A stretch of DNA of 64,000 nt from Macrostomum lignano (taxonomy: Eukaryota). This document shows, in pieces, positions 1-12,049 of the stretch. Location of the stretch: the NCBI GenBank assembly GCA_002269645.1, contig NIVC01003416.1:34982-98981 (forward strand), read 5' to 3'. A program made the translations under genes and the position numbers. The notes beneath the pieces are model-generated. The model saw only the letters and a list, made by a program, of their open reading frames with translations, ran no database searches and was not told where the DNA came from. Each line of letters starts with the position of its first letter. Position 1 is the first letter of the stretch.

Positions 1-371
1 AGGCCGATTGTATGCCTTGAATCGAGTCAAATTTAAATTTAGAAGTATCTGTGCAGTACTCACGCAGGCAAGTTGTTAATGAAGCACAGTTGATGATGAC
101 AGGGGATCAACAAGGAAAAAATCCCTTACTTAACAACAGAAGTGTAGCTGAGATGAGCTGTTTAACTAACGAGCCGCTTAATGGCTTTAAAAGGGCACCC
201 AGCTGGTAACCATAGCGATTAAAAAGCCAAGGCGTACACAGCTGTCTCTATAAACGCATTCGTGTGCGAGCTCGGGGTTTAAGCTGGCTACGGGTCACTG
301 TCAACTCGATTTTCGGCACTGAAAGTTTTTCACTAGCGAAATCCATAGCAACCATCACGCTATTAATACGA

Positions 372-3042
372 CGTAGGTCGACCAGTTGACTCAGAGACTC
401 GGACACATCAAAGGAGTTCAGCACAGGCCGCGAGTCAATCCCGCGGTGCAACCGACTGCTCAACCGTTGCGCAGAGTGCCGCTCAGCCTAAGAGATTCGG
501 TTCAAAAGGAGATCGACCAGCTGCTGCAGCAAGGCATCATCGAGGAGGTCGACGCCTCGGACTGGGTGTCAAACCTAGTCGTGGTGCCAAAGACGAACGG
601 CTCGATCCGGATCTGCAACGACCTGAGAGGCCCAAACAAGAGCATCATACCGGACAGATACCCACTTCCGACGTTTGAGGAGCTCTCCGCCGAGTTTGCC
701 GGGTCGCGATGCTTCTCCAAGTTGGACCTGAATTCGTCTTACCTGCAACTGAGTTGGCCGAGGACTGCAGAAATCTGACGACGTTCGTGACGGAGCGAGG
801 CCTATATCGATATCGCAGGGTGTGCTTCGGCCTGAGTAGTGCACCGGCTGCGTTCCAGAAGGTGATGGCTAAGATCCTCAGTGGCATCAAAGGCGCAGTG
901 CACTTTATTGACGACATCGTAGTGCACGCGGCATGAAGAGAAGAGCACGACAAGCGCCTGTTCAAGGTGCTGCAAGCTGTGAAGTGACGCACAACGTGAC
1001 TATCAATACGGGCAAGTGCACCTGGCGCCAGGACAAGGTCAATTTCCTAGGCTATGAGCTGAGCGCTTCTGGAGTCCGCCCGCTGCAGTCACACGTCGAA
1101 GCTATCGAGAAGGTACAGCCGCCAACGAACACCAAGGAAGTGGCTGCGTTTCTAGGCGTCGTGAAGTACTTCGGCAACTTCATTCCCAGCCTCTCCAGCA
1201 CGGCGGAGCCCCTCATGAAACTGCTGAGGAAGGACGAGTCGTGAAAGTGGACCAGTGAGTGCCAGCAGGCTTTTGAGCAGCTGAAGGCAGGAGTGTGCAA
1301 GCCACCTTGCCTCAAGTTTTTCGAGGCAGATCAGCCGATCATCGTCAGCTGCGACAGCTCAGCATCAGCTCTCGGTGCGATGCTCCTCCAGCAAGACTCC
1401 GACGGCCAGTGGCACCCGGTTGCCTTTGCGAGCCGAACTCTGAGTGCTACGGAGCGCCGCTACTCGGCGAGCGAGAGGGAAGCCCTGGCCTGCATCTTCG
1501 CCTGTGAGCGCTTCTTCCTTTACGGCCGACGGTTCGAGCTCCACACCGATCACCAGGCTCTCACCACGCTGCTGTCAGCATCTGGGAGCGGGTATCGTCA
1601 AGTACGTCCCGGGTGCCAAGAACATCGTGCCCGACTTTCTGTCGCGCTGCCAGGACACGGCCGAGCCGACAGAAGGCGATGCAACGGACGATCTGGAAGT
1701 CCAGAGAGTGCTCCTGGCGGAGGCGCTGACCGTGGTCACCGAGGATGAACTGGCCGAGGCAACTTCAAAGGACGAGCTCCTGGTACGAGTCGCTGAGTTC
1801 ACAGTTGCCGGTTGGTCGGACAAGAAAAAACTATGAGCGCCTGCTGCCCTTCTGGAGTGTCAGGAACGAACTGACTGTCTGGAGCAACGGCAGGTGCTTG
1901 GCCATGGGAACTCGCGCCGTTATACCGGAAGAACTGCGTCAGGGAGTGCTCGACTTAGCGCATCAAGGTCACAAGATGGTCAGCAGAACCAAGCATCACT
2001 GCCGAGACACCGCGTGGTGGCCCAAAATGGACAGCGACATCTCTCGACCTCTCGGTTCGTCAGCAGCTGTTCTGCGTGTACCCTCAGTGAAAAGAGCTTC
2101 AAGCCGCATCGGACAGTGCTGACCCCGACCGAGTGGCCCAAGGAACCGTGGACAGAATTGCAGATCGACTTGTTTGGAGAGCTGCACGAGGGTGCACCAC
2201 AGAACTGCCGCTTCATACTCGGTGTACACGACCTGCATTCAAAGTGGCCCTAACTGGTCTGCCTCTCTTCAGCGACATCTGCGACTATTATAAAGAGTCT
2301 CATGGCGCTGTTTTGTCGCTGGGGCATTCCGCGCGTAATCACCACCGATGGAGGACCCCAGTTCGTCTCCCAGGAGTTCAACGACTTCCTAAAGTCAAAG
2401 AGGGCTTGAAGAGCCACCTTCAGGACGACTACTCGTTCCTGGAAGCGGTGCAGTCCATCCTGTGGGCGTGCCGATCGACACCGCATGCGCTGACCGGCGT
2501 GACGCCAGCGGAGCTAATGCTTGGCCGCAAGATCACCACGCCGCTGTGGACGCTGCAGCCGAGGCGATCGACTCAGAAGCACCCACTGGCCGATCAGATC
2601 CAGGAGCGGCAGAGACGGCAGTTCAAGCGGCTCAACAGATCCCGGCAGCCGCCGCGCCAATTCCGGGTCGGCGACCTGGTGCGAGTGCGATCTCCACGGA
2701 TGCGAGGCAAGCTGCAGAGCCACGTGTCACCACCTCTACGGGTCAGCGACATCATCAGCCTGACGATCGTCATGTTAGAGGACGGCTCAAGGTGGCACAC
2801 CAGCCTCTGTATGCCTCATGCGGAGCCCGAGGGTGCCAGCACGCCTTCGGCAACGGCAATGCCGCCACAGCCGCCAGTGGCTGCGGAGCCGGCAGCGCCA
2901 GAAGGCCCGACGGACCCGCTGCCGGCGACCGCTGAGGCCGACGCAGAGCTGCGGCGCAGTACGCGACTGCGGGCACCGCCGTTGTGGTACGGCCAGGTCG
3001 TGACGCACTGATTGGTAGCTGTGATGGGAATTAGTGACTGTT
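372..3042 (+). mobile_element. Ty3/Gypsy LTR retrotransposon internal region (decayed pol: RT, RNase H, integrase); gag, protease and 5' LTR not seen
   Basis: ORF fragments carry RT motifs (WVSNLVVVPK, RICNDLR, FSKLDL, YRRVCFGLSSAPAAFQK, FIDDIVV), RNase H motifs (VSCDSSASALGAMLLQ, ELHTDHQAL) and integrase motifs (HQGH..WWPKMD..CSAC; TPHALTGVTPAELM). Multiple stops and frameshifts. The 5' boundary is approximate. Confidence 0.93.
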
Positions 3043-3057
3043 AAGGAGGAGGGTGAA

Positions 3058-3256
3058 TGTTGTAAAGTGAGTTTACTCACTGGCTCGTTCTGCTAGTTAG
3101 TGATTAGGGGTTAAGGAATGCGATGTACTTGCGCACTCTGATTTTATATGTACATGCGTTCCTGATTAAATATAAAAGTAACTCCACCCTTCGTGGGAGA
3201 GTTCGATTTTGTTTTCTGGACTAAATCTGACTGGCTTGTCTCTCGCTCACTACACA
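3058..3256 (+). mobile_element. 3' LTR of the Gypsy element, preceded by a polypurine tract (3043-3057)
   Basis: AAGGAGGAGGGTGAA is immediately followed by TGTTGTA; the segment ends at CTACACA (TG...CA with imperfect terminal inverted repeat). TATAAAA and ATTAAA lie inside. Confidence 0.75.
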
Positions 3257-3425
3257 TAGCAACCATCCCAGTGCCAGTAGCTTTCCATAGCAACCATCAC
3301 GGTACGAGTAGCTTTCCGTAGCAACCATCCCGGTACGAAAACCTTTCCATAGCAACCATACCTTTCCATAGCAACCGTACCTTTCTATAGCAACCATTCC
3401 GGTACTAGTAGTTTCCCAGAGCAAC
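3257..3425. repeat. Short degenerate tandem array (core TTTCCATAGCAACCAT)
   Basis: About 7 copies of (C)CATAGCAAC-type cores directly after the LTR. Confidence 0.8.
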
Positions 3426-4149
3426 AATTCAACAAGAAACAGTATATTTTAGCTCGGATTTTTTCAAATAAAATAAATACCATTAGAGACATACTACGCA
3501 CGAGGAACTAGCTCGTAACAGAAAACTTACTCAATAGATATTACAACTGGCTACATCAAGATAATAAAATAGAAGAGATGTATAATCACGTAGATATTAC
3601 GCAACCGTACCCTCCCTCATTTTTGCATTACGCTAATTAGACATTAGACAGTGAAGATAATTGGCATGTGCCGCTAACACGCGGATGGGCGCAGCTGTCC
3701 AGATACTAAGCCAGCACAATAGGGCCCATATATAGGTATCCTTGGAGTGGCAAGATGCCCATTGCTCAGATTGTGGGCGACTGACTTTATCATATACTGA
3801 CTCAAGCCACCGTGTGTGTTAAGAGTTTCTCCTTTGTGAATGAGAAATTGCCCGGAGCACGGATGACCTGCCGCTCCTTTGACTTTATCATCTCATTCCA
3901 ACTGCTTTGGCAAGCATTGACAAGCTCCGATGTGAACCTGTGATCCAATCAAACTGACCAGTCAACCTTAATCATCAAGAGGGGAGATCGTGAAAAACAA
4001 CTGCTTGCTGCTGGTTCTCTGTTGTTGCTTTCGTTACTAGGGTGGATTTGGTTTCTAAATATGCGGCAAAAGCAGATTTTTTAGTCAGGGGACAACAGAA
4101 GGAGAACAACAGAGAGAGTAGAGAAGCATCTAGCGATTGATCTAAGACC

Positions 4150-4625
4150 CTGTTGGGGGCGCTTGTGGAGATGCTGTTGGGGTGCTGTAGGGATGCTGTT
4201 GAGATGCTGTTGGGGTGCTGTGGGGGTGCTGTTGAGATGCTTTTAGGGTGCTGTGGGGGTGCTGTTGAGATGCTGTTGGGGTGCTGTGGGGGTGCTGTTG
4301 AGATGCTGTTGGGGTGCTGTGGGGGTGCTGTTGAGATGCTGTTGGGGTGCTGTAGGGATGCTGTTGAGATGCTTTTGGGGCGCTGTGGGGGTACTGTTAA
4401 GATGCTTTTGGGGATGCTGTTGGGGTGCTGTAGGGGATGCTGTAGGGGTGCTGTTGTGGTGCTGTTGGGGTGCTGTTGGGGTGCTGCTGGGGTGCTGTTG
4501 GGGTTGCCGTTGGGGTGCTATTGTGGTGCTGTTGAGGTGCTATAAGAGTTGCTGCTGTTGGGGTGGCATAGGGGATTCTCTAGGGATGCTGCTGGGGTGC
4601 TGTAGGAGATGCTGTAGGGGTCTGT
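4150..4625. repeat. Minisatellite, ~33-bp unit (GGGTGCTGTGGGGGTGCTGTTGAGATGCTGTTG)
   Basis: Visible tandem copies, which give rise to the GCCGGAVEMLL pseudo-ORFs. Confidence 0.9.
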
Positions 4626-5263
4626 GAAGAGATCTATTTGGGTCCGATAGAGGCGGTGCTGTAAGACGCCAAAAAACCAGATGCAGAACCGGCCGCAGCT
4701 GACAGCCAACATGCACCGCCAATTGACGTCAGAAAAAACCACAGTTGAATAATTTCGCAGGCTCTGCCGACTCAAAGCTGGCAAAGAGGAGGACATTAAT
4801 TTGGAATCCGGCCAGTCTCTGCTGACAGGTGCGAATTCGGTAATTAACTGATTCTGAAAATTCTGAAGAAATCCTGATGCGGTGTTAGGCTGTTCGACTG
4901 ACAGCCTCTCAATCCAGTGCCTGGTAATTTCCCAAAGGAGCGGGGGCAGAACAAATCCCTTTGCTTGGGAAAAAAACTCAGTTCGTTAATCCGCGCAAGT
5001 TGCCATGCAGCAACCTGTCAAAGCCTCCCTCTTAAGGACAGAATTTTAATCTAAATGCTGAGGTGACAGTCTTTTTTGTGACTTACGTGTAAATCTGTGA
5101 AGGATTAGTGAGGGAAAGCCTTGCAGTTATTAATTGACAATGTGGAGCTCTGCTAGTCAAAGGAGATTGAACTGCTTTGATGCACTAAAATACATTTTTC
5201 ACCTGACAGGAACATCGAAAATACAAAAACATTTTTTTGCTGAAAAACGTATGCACTAGAATC

Positions 5264-6340
5264 CTGCTAGCCTGCTGACATCATTCACTGACATCCAGCT
5301 GGATTGCTGAAATCATTCACTGACATCTAGCTAGACTGCTGAAATCATTCACTGACATCCAGCTGGACTGCTGACATCATTCACTGACATCCAGCTGGAC
5401 TGCTGACATCATTCACTGACATCCAGCTGGATTGCTGAAATCATTCACTGACATCTAGCTAGACTGCTGAAATCATTCACTGACATCCAGCTGGACTGCT
5501 GACATCATTCACTGACATCCAGCTGGACTGCTGACATCATTCACTGACATCCAGCTAGACTGCTGACATCATTCACTGACATCCAGCTAGACTGCTGACA
5601 TCATTCACTGACATCCAGCTAGCCTGCTAACATCATTCACTGACATCCAGCTGGACTGCTGACATCATTCACTGACATCCAGCTGGACTGCTGACATCAT
5701 TCACTGACATCCAGCTAGACTGCTGACATCATTCACTGACATCCAGCTAGACTGCTGACATCATTCACTGACATCCAGCTAGACTGCTGACATCATTCAC
5801 TGACATCCAGCTAGCCTGCTAACATCATTCACTGACATCCAGCTGGACTGCTGACATCATTCACTGACATCCAGCTGGACTGCTGACATCATTCACTGAC
5901 ATCCAGCTAGACTGCTGACATCATTCACTGACATCCAGCTAGACTGCTGACATCATTCACTGACATCCAGCTAGCCTGCTGACATCATTCACTGACATCC
6001 AGCTGGACTGCTGACATCATTCACTGACATCCAGCTGGACTGCTGACATCATTCACTGACATCCAGCTAGCCTGCTGACATCATTCACTGACATCCAGCT
6101 GGATTGCTGAAATCATTCACTGACATCCAGCTAGACTGCTGACATCATTCACTGACATCCAGCTAGCCTGCTGACATCATTCACTGACATCCAGCTAGAC
6201 TGCTGACATCATTCACTGACATCCAGCTAGACTGCTGACATCATTCACTGACATCCAGCTAGACTGCTGATATCATTCACTGACATCCAGCTGGACTGCT
6301 GAAATCATTCACTGACATCCAGCTGGACTGCTGAAATCAT
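5264..6340. repeat. Minisatellite, 32-bp unit (CTGCTGACATCATTCACTGACATCCAGCTRGA)
   Basis: Roughly 33 near-identical copies. Confidence 0.97.
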
Positions 6341-6940
6341 GGTTTTTATACCGGTAGATACTTTATTAGCGAAAGTAATTTAAAAATTCTCCGGACTGTC
6401 TACTTGATAAGTAGTATGATGCAGCCAATTTTTCTTTTAATAAATTATTGTTTATATTCGAAGAAAATCAGAGCAAATTCTGAATGACAGGCTGCCATTT
6501 TCTAATCGATGAAGGAGCCGAGTGCATGGGATTTCGCGCCCTGTGTGGGGAAACTTTTTAAAACGGTCAGACTGGCATCCCGCTGATAAAAGAAGAAGAC
6601 TGTGCTGCAGCTATCAGCTTGAAGAAGGCTATCTTTCAGTTTTGACGTGGCTCAGAACAGCGCACTGGACTGAGCTGGCTTGCTTCATTAGCATTCCGTC
6701 CACGGTTGTCGGTTTTTGTTTAAATTTGTGTGCCCGGAATTCCGTCAAGTGGAGGGCGTCAAGGGGGATTTTATTCAAAGGACTTTAACTGAAGGCGGAC
6801 TCCGTTGAGTAGCTGGGTTTCCTGACCGAAAAAAAAACAGTAAACAGGATTTGTTTAGTCCGAGAAAGTTTGAAATCTTTTGCTTCCTACGAAAATTAAA
6901 GTCGTGAAAATATTGAAACCGTCATTAACATTCAAGTTTA

Positions 6941-8490
6941 GGATTCAAGGACACTGGGGGAGCGAAGAGGCGGATTCAAGGACACTGAGGGAGCGGAGAG
7001 GTGGATTCAAGGACACTGAGGGAGTGGAGAGGCGGATTCAAGGACACTGAGGGAGTGGAGAGGTGGATTCAAGGACACTGAGGGAGCGAAGAGGTGGATT
7101 CAAGGACACTGAGGGAGTGGAGAGGTAGATTCAAGGACACTGAGGGAGCGAAGAGGTGGATTCAAGGACACTGAGGGAGCGGAGAGGTGGATTCAAGGAC
7201 ACTGAGGGAGCGAAGAGGCGGATTCAAGGACACTGAGGGAGTGGAGGTGGATTCAAGGACACTGAGGGAGCAAAGAGGTGGATTCAAGGACACTGAGGGA
7301 GCGGAGAGGTGGATTCAAGGACACTGAGGGAGCGAAGAGGCGGATTCAAGGACACTGAGGGAGCGGAGAGGCGGATTCAAGGACACTGAGGGAGCGGAGA
7401 GGCGGATTCAAGGACACTGAGGGAGTGGAGAGGCGGATTCAAGGACACTGAGGGAGCGAAGAGGCGGATTCAAGGACACTGAGGGAGCGAAGAGGCGGAT
7501 TCAAGGACACTGAGGGAGCGGAGAGGCGGATTCAAGGACACTGAGGGAGCGGAGAGGCGGATTCAAGGACACTGAGGGAGTGGAGAGGCGGATTCAAGGA
7601 CACTGAGGGAGCGAAGAGGCGGATTCAAGGACACTGAGGGAGCGAAGAGGCGGATTCAAGGACACTGAGGGAGCGGGTGGATTCAAGGACACTGAGGGAG
7701 CGGAGAGGCGGATTCAAGGACACTGAGGGAGCGAAGAGGCGGATTCAAGGACACTGAGGGAGCGAAGAGGCGGATTCAAGGACACTGAGGGAGCGGAGAG
7801 GCGGATTCAAGGACACTGAGGGAGCGGAGAGGCGGATTCAAGGACATTGAGGGAGTGGAGAGGCGGATTCAAGGACACTGAGGGAGCGAAGAGGCGGATT
7901 CAAGGACACTGAGGGAGCGAAGAGGCGGATTCAAGGACACTGAGGGAGCGGAGAGGCGGATTCAAGGACACTGAGGGAGCGGAGAGGCGGATTCAAGGAC
8001 ACTGAGGGAGTGGAGAGGCGGATTCAAGGACACTGAGGGAGCGAAGAGGCGGATTCAAGGACACTGAGGGAGCGAAGAGGCGGATTCAAGGACACTGAGG
8101 GAGCGGGTGGATTCAAGGACACTGAGGGAGCGGAGAGGCGGATTCAAGGACACTGAGGGAGCTTGGAGAGGCGGATTCAAGGACACTGAGGGAGCGGAGA
8201 GGCGGATTCAAGGATACTGAGGGAGCGGAGAGGCGGATTCAAGGACACTGAGGGAGCTTGGAGAGGCGGATTCAAGGACACTGAGGGAGTGGAGAGGCGG
8301 ATTCAAGGACACTGAGGGAGCTTGGAGAGGCGGATTCAAGGACACTGAGGGAGCGGAGAGGCGGATTCAAGGACACTGTTGGAGCGGAGAGGTGGATTCA
8401 AGGACACTGAGGGAGCGGAGAGGCGGATTCAAGGACACCGAGGGAGCGGAGAGGTGGATTCAAGGACACCGAAGGAGAGGCGAAGAGGCA
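6941..8490 (+). repeat. Minisatellite, 31-bp unit (GGATTCAAGGACACTGAGGGAGCGGAGAGGC); left arm of an inverted pair
   Basis: Roughly 50 copies. Confidence 0.97.
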
Positions 8491-8958
8491 GATTGATAGC
8501 TCAGCCATCAGAAGCTCTCCTTGGGACTCGAATGACAGAGGTTGTAAAACTTTTCACAGGCAAAATCAAGACTGACAGCTGCTGACAAATGGTTATGAGT
8601 TTATGTTAAAAAGAGATTACGTTAAAATGAAAACAAATAGCTAGGGCGTTGAGTGACGGCCGAACCTTCGGAGACGCAGAATGAATGTGCTTCTCACTCC
8701 GTCCTGCGTCTCTCAGAGCCCTCCCATTGGGCAGCTAATAAGTCTGCTTCTCAGCAGCCCCCATGCCCTGCTAACAAAAGCCGCATGCAGCAGCTTCCAG
8801 GCGTCAATCACAGTTCTCGAACAGATCGAGTGAGGTCTCTGCTGAGCTCTCAAAGCTCTCGGATTCGAGTTTTGCAAGATAGACCACTTTAAAATTTATA
8901 ACCAACCTCTGCGATTTGAAAAGTGAGTCTCGACTGAGTTCGCTAAGTTTGAAACGGG

Positions 8959-9600
8959 GTCCTGGAATCCGCCTCTCCGCTCCCTCAGTGTCCTTGAATC
9001 CGCCTCTCCGCTCCCTCAGTGTCCTTGAATCCGCCTCTCCGCTCCTCAGTGTCCTTGAATCCGCCTCTCCGCTCCTCAGTGTCCTTGAATCCGCCTCTCC
9101 GCTCCCTCAGTGTCCTTGAATCCGCCTCTCCGCTCCCTCAGTGTCCTTGAATCCGCCTCTCCGCTCCCTCAGTGTCCTTGAATCCGCCTCTCCGCTCCCT
9201 CAGTGTCCTTGAATCCGCCTCTTCGCTCCCCCAGTATCCTTGAATCCTCCTCTCCGCTCCCTCAGTGTCCTGGAATCCTCCTCTCCGCTCCCTCAGTGTC
9301 CTTGAATCCGCCTCTCCGCTCCCTCAGTGTCCTTGAATCCGCCTCTTCGCTCCCTCAGTGTCCTTGAATCCGCCTCTCCGCTCCCTCAGTGTCCTTGAAT
9401 CCGCCTCTCCGCTCCCTCAGTGTCCTTGAATCCGCCTCTCCGCTCCCTCAGTGTCCTTGAATCCGCCTCTCCGCTCCCTCAGTGTCCTTGAATCCGCCTC
9501 TCCGCTCCCCCAGTGTCCTTGAATCCGCCTCTCCGCTTCCTCGGTGTCCTTGAATCCGCCTCTCCGCTCCCTCAGTGTCCTTGAATCTGCTTCTTGAATC
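8959..9600 (-). repeat. Same 31-bp minisatellite in reverse orientation; right arm of the inverted pair
   Basis: GAATCCGCCTCTCCGCTCCCTCAGTGTCCTT is the reverse complement of the left unit; roughly 20 copies. Confidence 0.97.
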
Positions 9601-9668
9601 GTTTCACTATACAAACAACACATCAGATCAAAATTCCCTTCAAAGTCGATGAACTCATCAACACTCAG

Positions 9669-12049
9669 ATGTCGAATTCCCCCGCCGCAATTTCTGCCGG
9701 AACTTTGCTACCGCCAGTGACGGTGGATCCAATGCAGCACCACCGGATGCACCTGGCAACCAGCGTGATGGCCTTCTACCTCACCGGCTGCCTGTCAATC
9801 TTTGGCATCATCGGCAACCTGCTGTCCCTCGTGGTGCTGCAGCAGGCCAACAAGAGGCGCCGGTGCCCCCTGTTCACCATCCTGTCCGCCCTGTGCGTCG
9901 TCGACGCCGTCTTCATTCTAGGAAACTTTCTGGTCAACGTACTTGGCGTGTTCTATGAGTACCATCAGGTGCGCTGTGAACTTTAATAAATGGCGTTATG
10001 TGTAGTAAACCAACCAACTTCCTTTGCATACCCACTTCTGAGTAGACTCCATATATGGCTGCAGCGACCCTAACATGAACCCTGAATGAACCCTAAATCA
10101 AGCCTAAATCAACCCTGAATCAACCCTGAATCAACCCTGAATTAATATTGAGTCAATCCTGAACCAATCCTGAATCAATCCTGAATCAACCCTAAATCAA
10201 TATTGAATGAATCCTGAATGAATCCTGAATCAATCCTGAATCAATCATGAATCAATCCTGAATCAATCCTGAATCAACCCTGAATCAATATTGACTCAAT
10301 CCTGAACCAATCCTGAATCAATCCTGAATCAACCCTGAATCAATATTGAATCAATCCTGAATCAATATTGAATCAATCCTGAATCAATATTGAATCAATC
10401 CTGAACCAATCCTGAATCAATCCTGAATCAATATTGAATCAATCCTGAATCAATCCTGAATCAACCCTGAATCAATATTGAATCAATCCTGAATCAATAT
10501 TGAATCAATCCTGAATCAATCCTGAATCAATCCTGAATCAATCCTGAATTAATATTGACTCAATCCTGAACCAATCCTGAATCAATCCTGAATCAACCCT
10601 GAATCAATCCTGAATCAATCCTGAATCAATCTTGAATCAATCCTGAATCAAGCCGGAAATCCGACATTAATGAACCGCACCGCAGGTGGCCAGCCAGCCG
10701 CTGTACTACCTGTACCTGACCAGGGGCTACACTGTGAAGTATGTGATGCCAATCTGCTACACGATGCAGCTGGCTTCAATCTATATCACTCTGCTGGTGT
10801 CGTTCGAGCGCTACTGTGCCGTCTGCCGGCCGCTGACAGCCGCCCTGGACGAGCCGCCGTCCGGACGGACCGTGGTTCGAAACCTGCTGCTGGTAGTTGT
10901 GTTCAGCGCAGTCTACAACGCGCCGAAATACTTCGAACAGGTGGTGGTGGCCCGGCCGGTGGGCAGCGAGCAGCCCAGTCCGGAGCGGCAGGAGCTGCTC
11001 ATCAATCGGTCCATTGAGCTGTTCGGCTGCTTTCAGGTGGGCGGCGTCCTGCGCTGATACAAGCGGCCTATCGATGAGGGTCATCGCCAGTTAGTCAGGG
11101 TCGTTCACCAGTTTATCGGGGGCGCTCATACAAGAGCTGGGTCAAACCAGATCGGTCAGTGGGTCACACCAGGTTAGTCAGGGGTCACACCAAGTCAGCC
11201 GGGGGGTCACACCAATTGAGTCGGGGGTCAAACCAAGTCAGTCGAGGGGGGTCATACCAAGTGAGTAGGGGGGTCACGCCAAGTGAGTCGGGGGGTCACA
11301 CCAAGTCAGTCCCGCTGCCGCCCCCGCAGGCCAGCCCAGACTGTGCCCCGCTAAAGTACACCTACGAGCCGGCGCCCTGGCTGGTCACCGGGGCTGAGGG
11401 CTCGACCGGCGCCGATCACCAGACCGGCAACGAAACGTCGGACGCCGCCGCCAGCGCCAGCCTGTACGAGATCGCCTACAACGGCGTGATGTACACGGTG
11501 TTCTATTTCGTAGTTCCGGTCTCGGCCATCACAGTGATGAACCTTCGCATCGCGGCATCGCTCAGACGCAGCGTCAAAGCCTGGAGACGCAGCGTCGGGC
11601 GCCGTTACGAGAAGGAGGCGCAGCTGACCTACGTGTCACTGGCCATTGTGCTGTGCTACTACCTGCTCATGCTGCCCAATGTCACTCTGACCGCTCTGGA
11701 CGTTCTAGGAAAGTCGCGCTACGGCGAGAGGAACGCAATGCAGCTGACCATCGCGGCTACGAACTTCTTGGTGCTGATCAACTCCTGCCTGAACTTCCTG
11801 CTCTACTGCGTGATCGGGGAGCGATTCCGGGCCGGTCTGCGCCAGCTGCTCAGCTGCGGCCGAGGCGGCGGCGGCGGGCAGAGGCGGCACCAAGCGGAGC
11901 AGCTGCTGCAGCAGCCGGCGATGGCGACCGGGTCCGCGGCCAGACGGAAGCGACAGGCAGCGGCGGTGGCGGCGGAGCTGCTGGAGATACCGGAGCGGCA
12001 GCGACTTCGCCAGACAATGGAGCGGACCGAGCGAGTGACTGTGGTCTGA
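9669..12049 (+). CDS. Class A (rhodopsin-family) peptide GPCR, FMRFamide-receptor-like; 3 coding exons, ~456 aa
   Basis: Exons 9669-9968, 10686-11036 and 11330-12049, all phase 0 with GT-AG. Motifs: GIIGN in TM1, VVDA in TM2, ERY.AVCRPL after TM3, YNAPKYFE, VVPV in TM5, MLP in TM6 and INSCLNFLLYC in TM7. Confidence 0.9.
10075..10652. repeat. 11-bp tandem repeat (TGAATCAATCC) in GPCR coding intron 1
   Basis: Visible tandem copies. Confidence 0.95.
11085..11310. repeat. Degenerate ~21-bp repeat (GGGGGTCACACCAAGTCAGTC) in GPCR coding intron 2
   Basis: About 8-10 diverged copies. Confidence 0.75.

Noticed and set aside
248-463. Minus-strand ORF ending ..KIELTVTRSQLKPRARTRMRL
   Set aside because: It half overlaps the Gypsy antisense strand, has no recognisable family and has no supportable splice partner.
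6480-6830. Unique sequence with a T-rich acceptor on the minus strand as a possible exon
   Set aside because: All three frames close within about 17 codons of the acceptor.
5264-9600. CRISPR-like appearance of the 31-32 bp repeats
   Set aside because: The units are directly adjacent with no unique spacers, there are no cas genes, and the context is eukaryotic.
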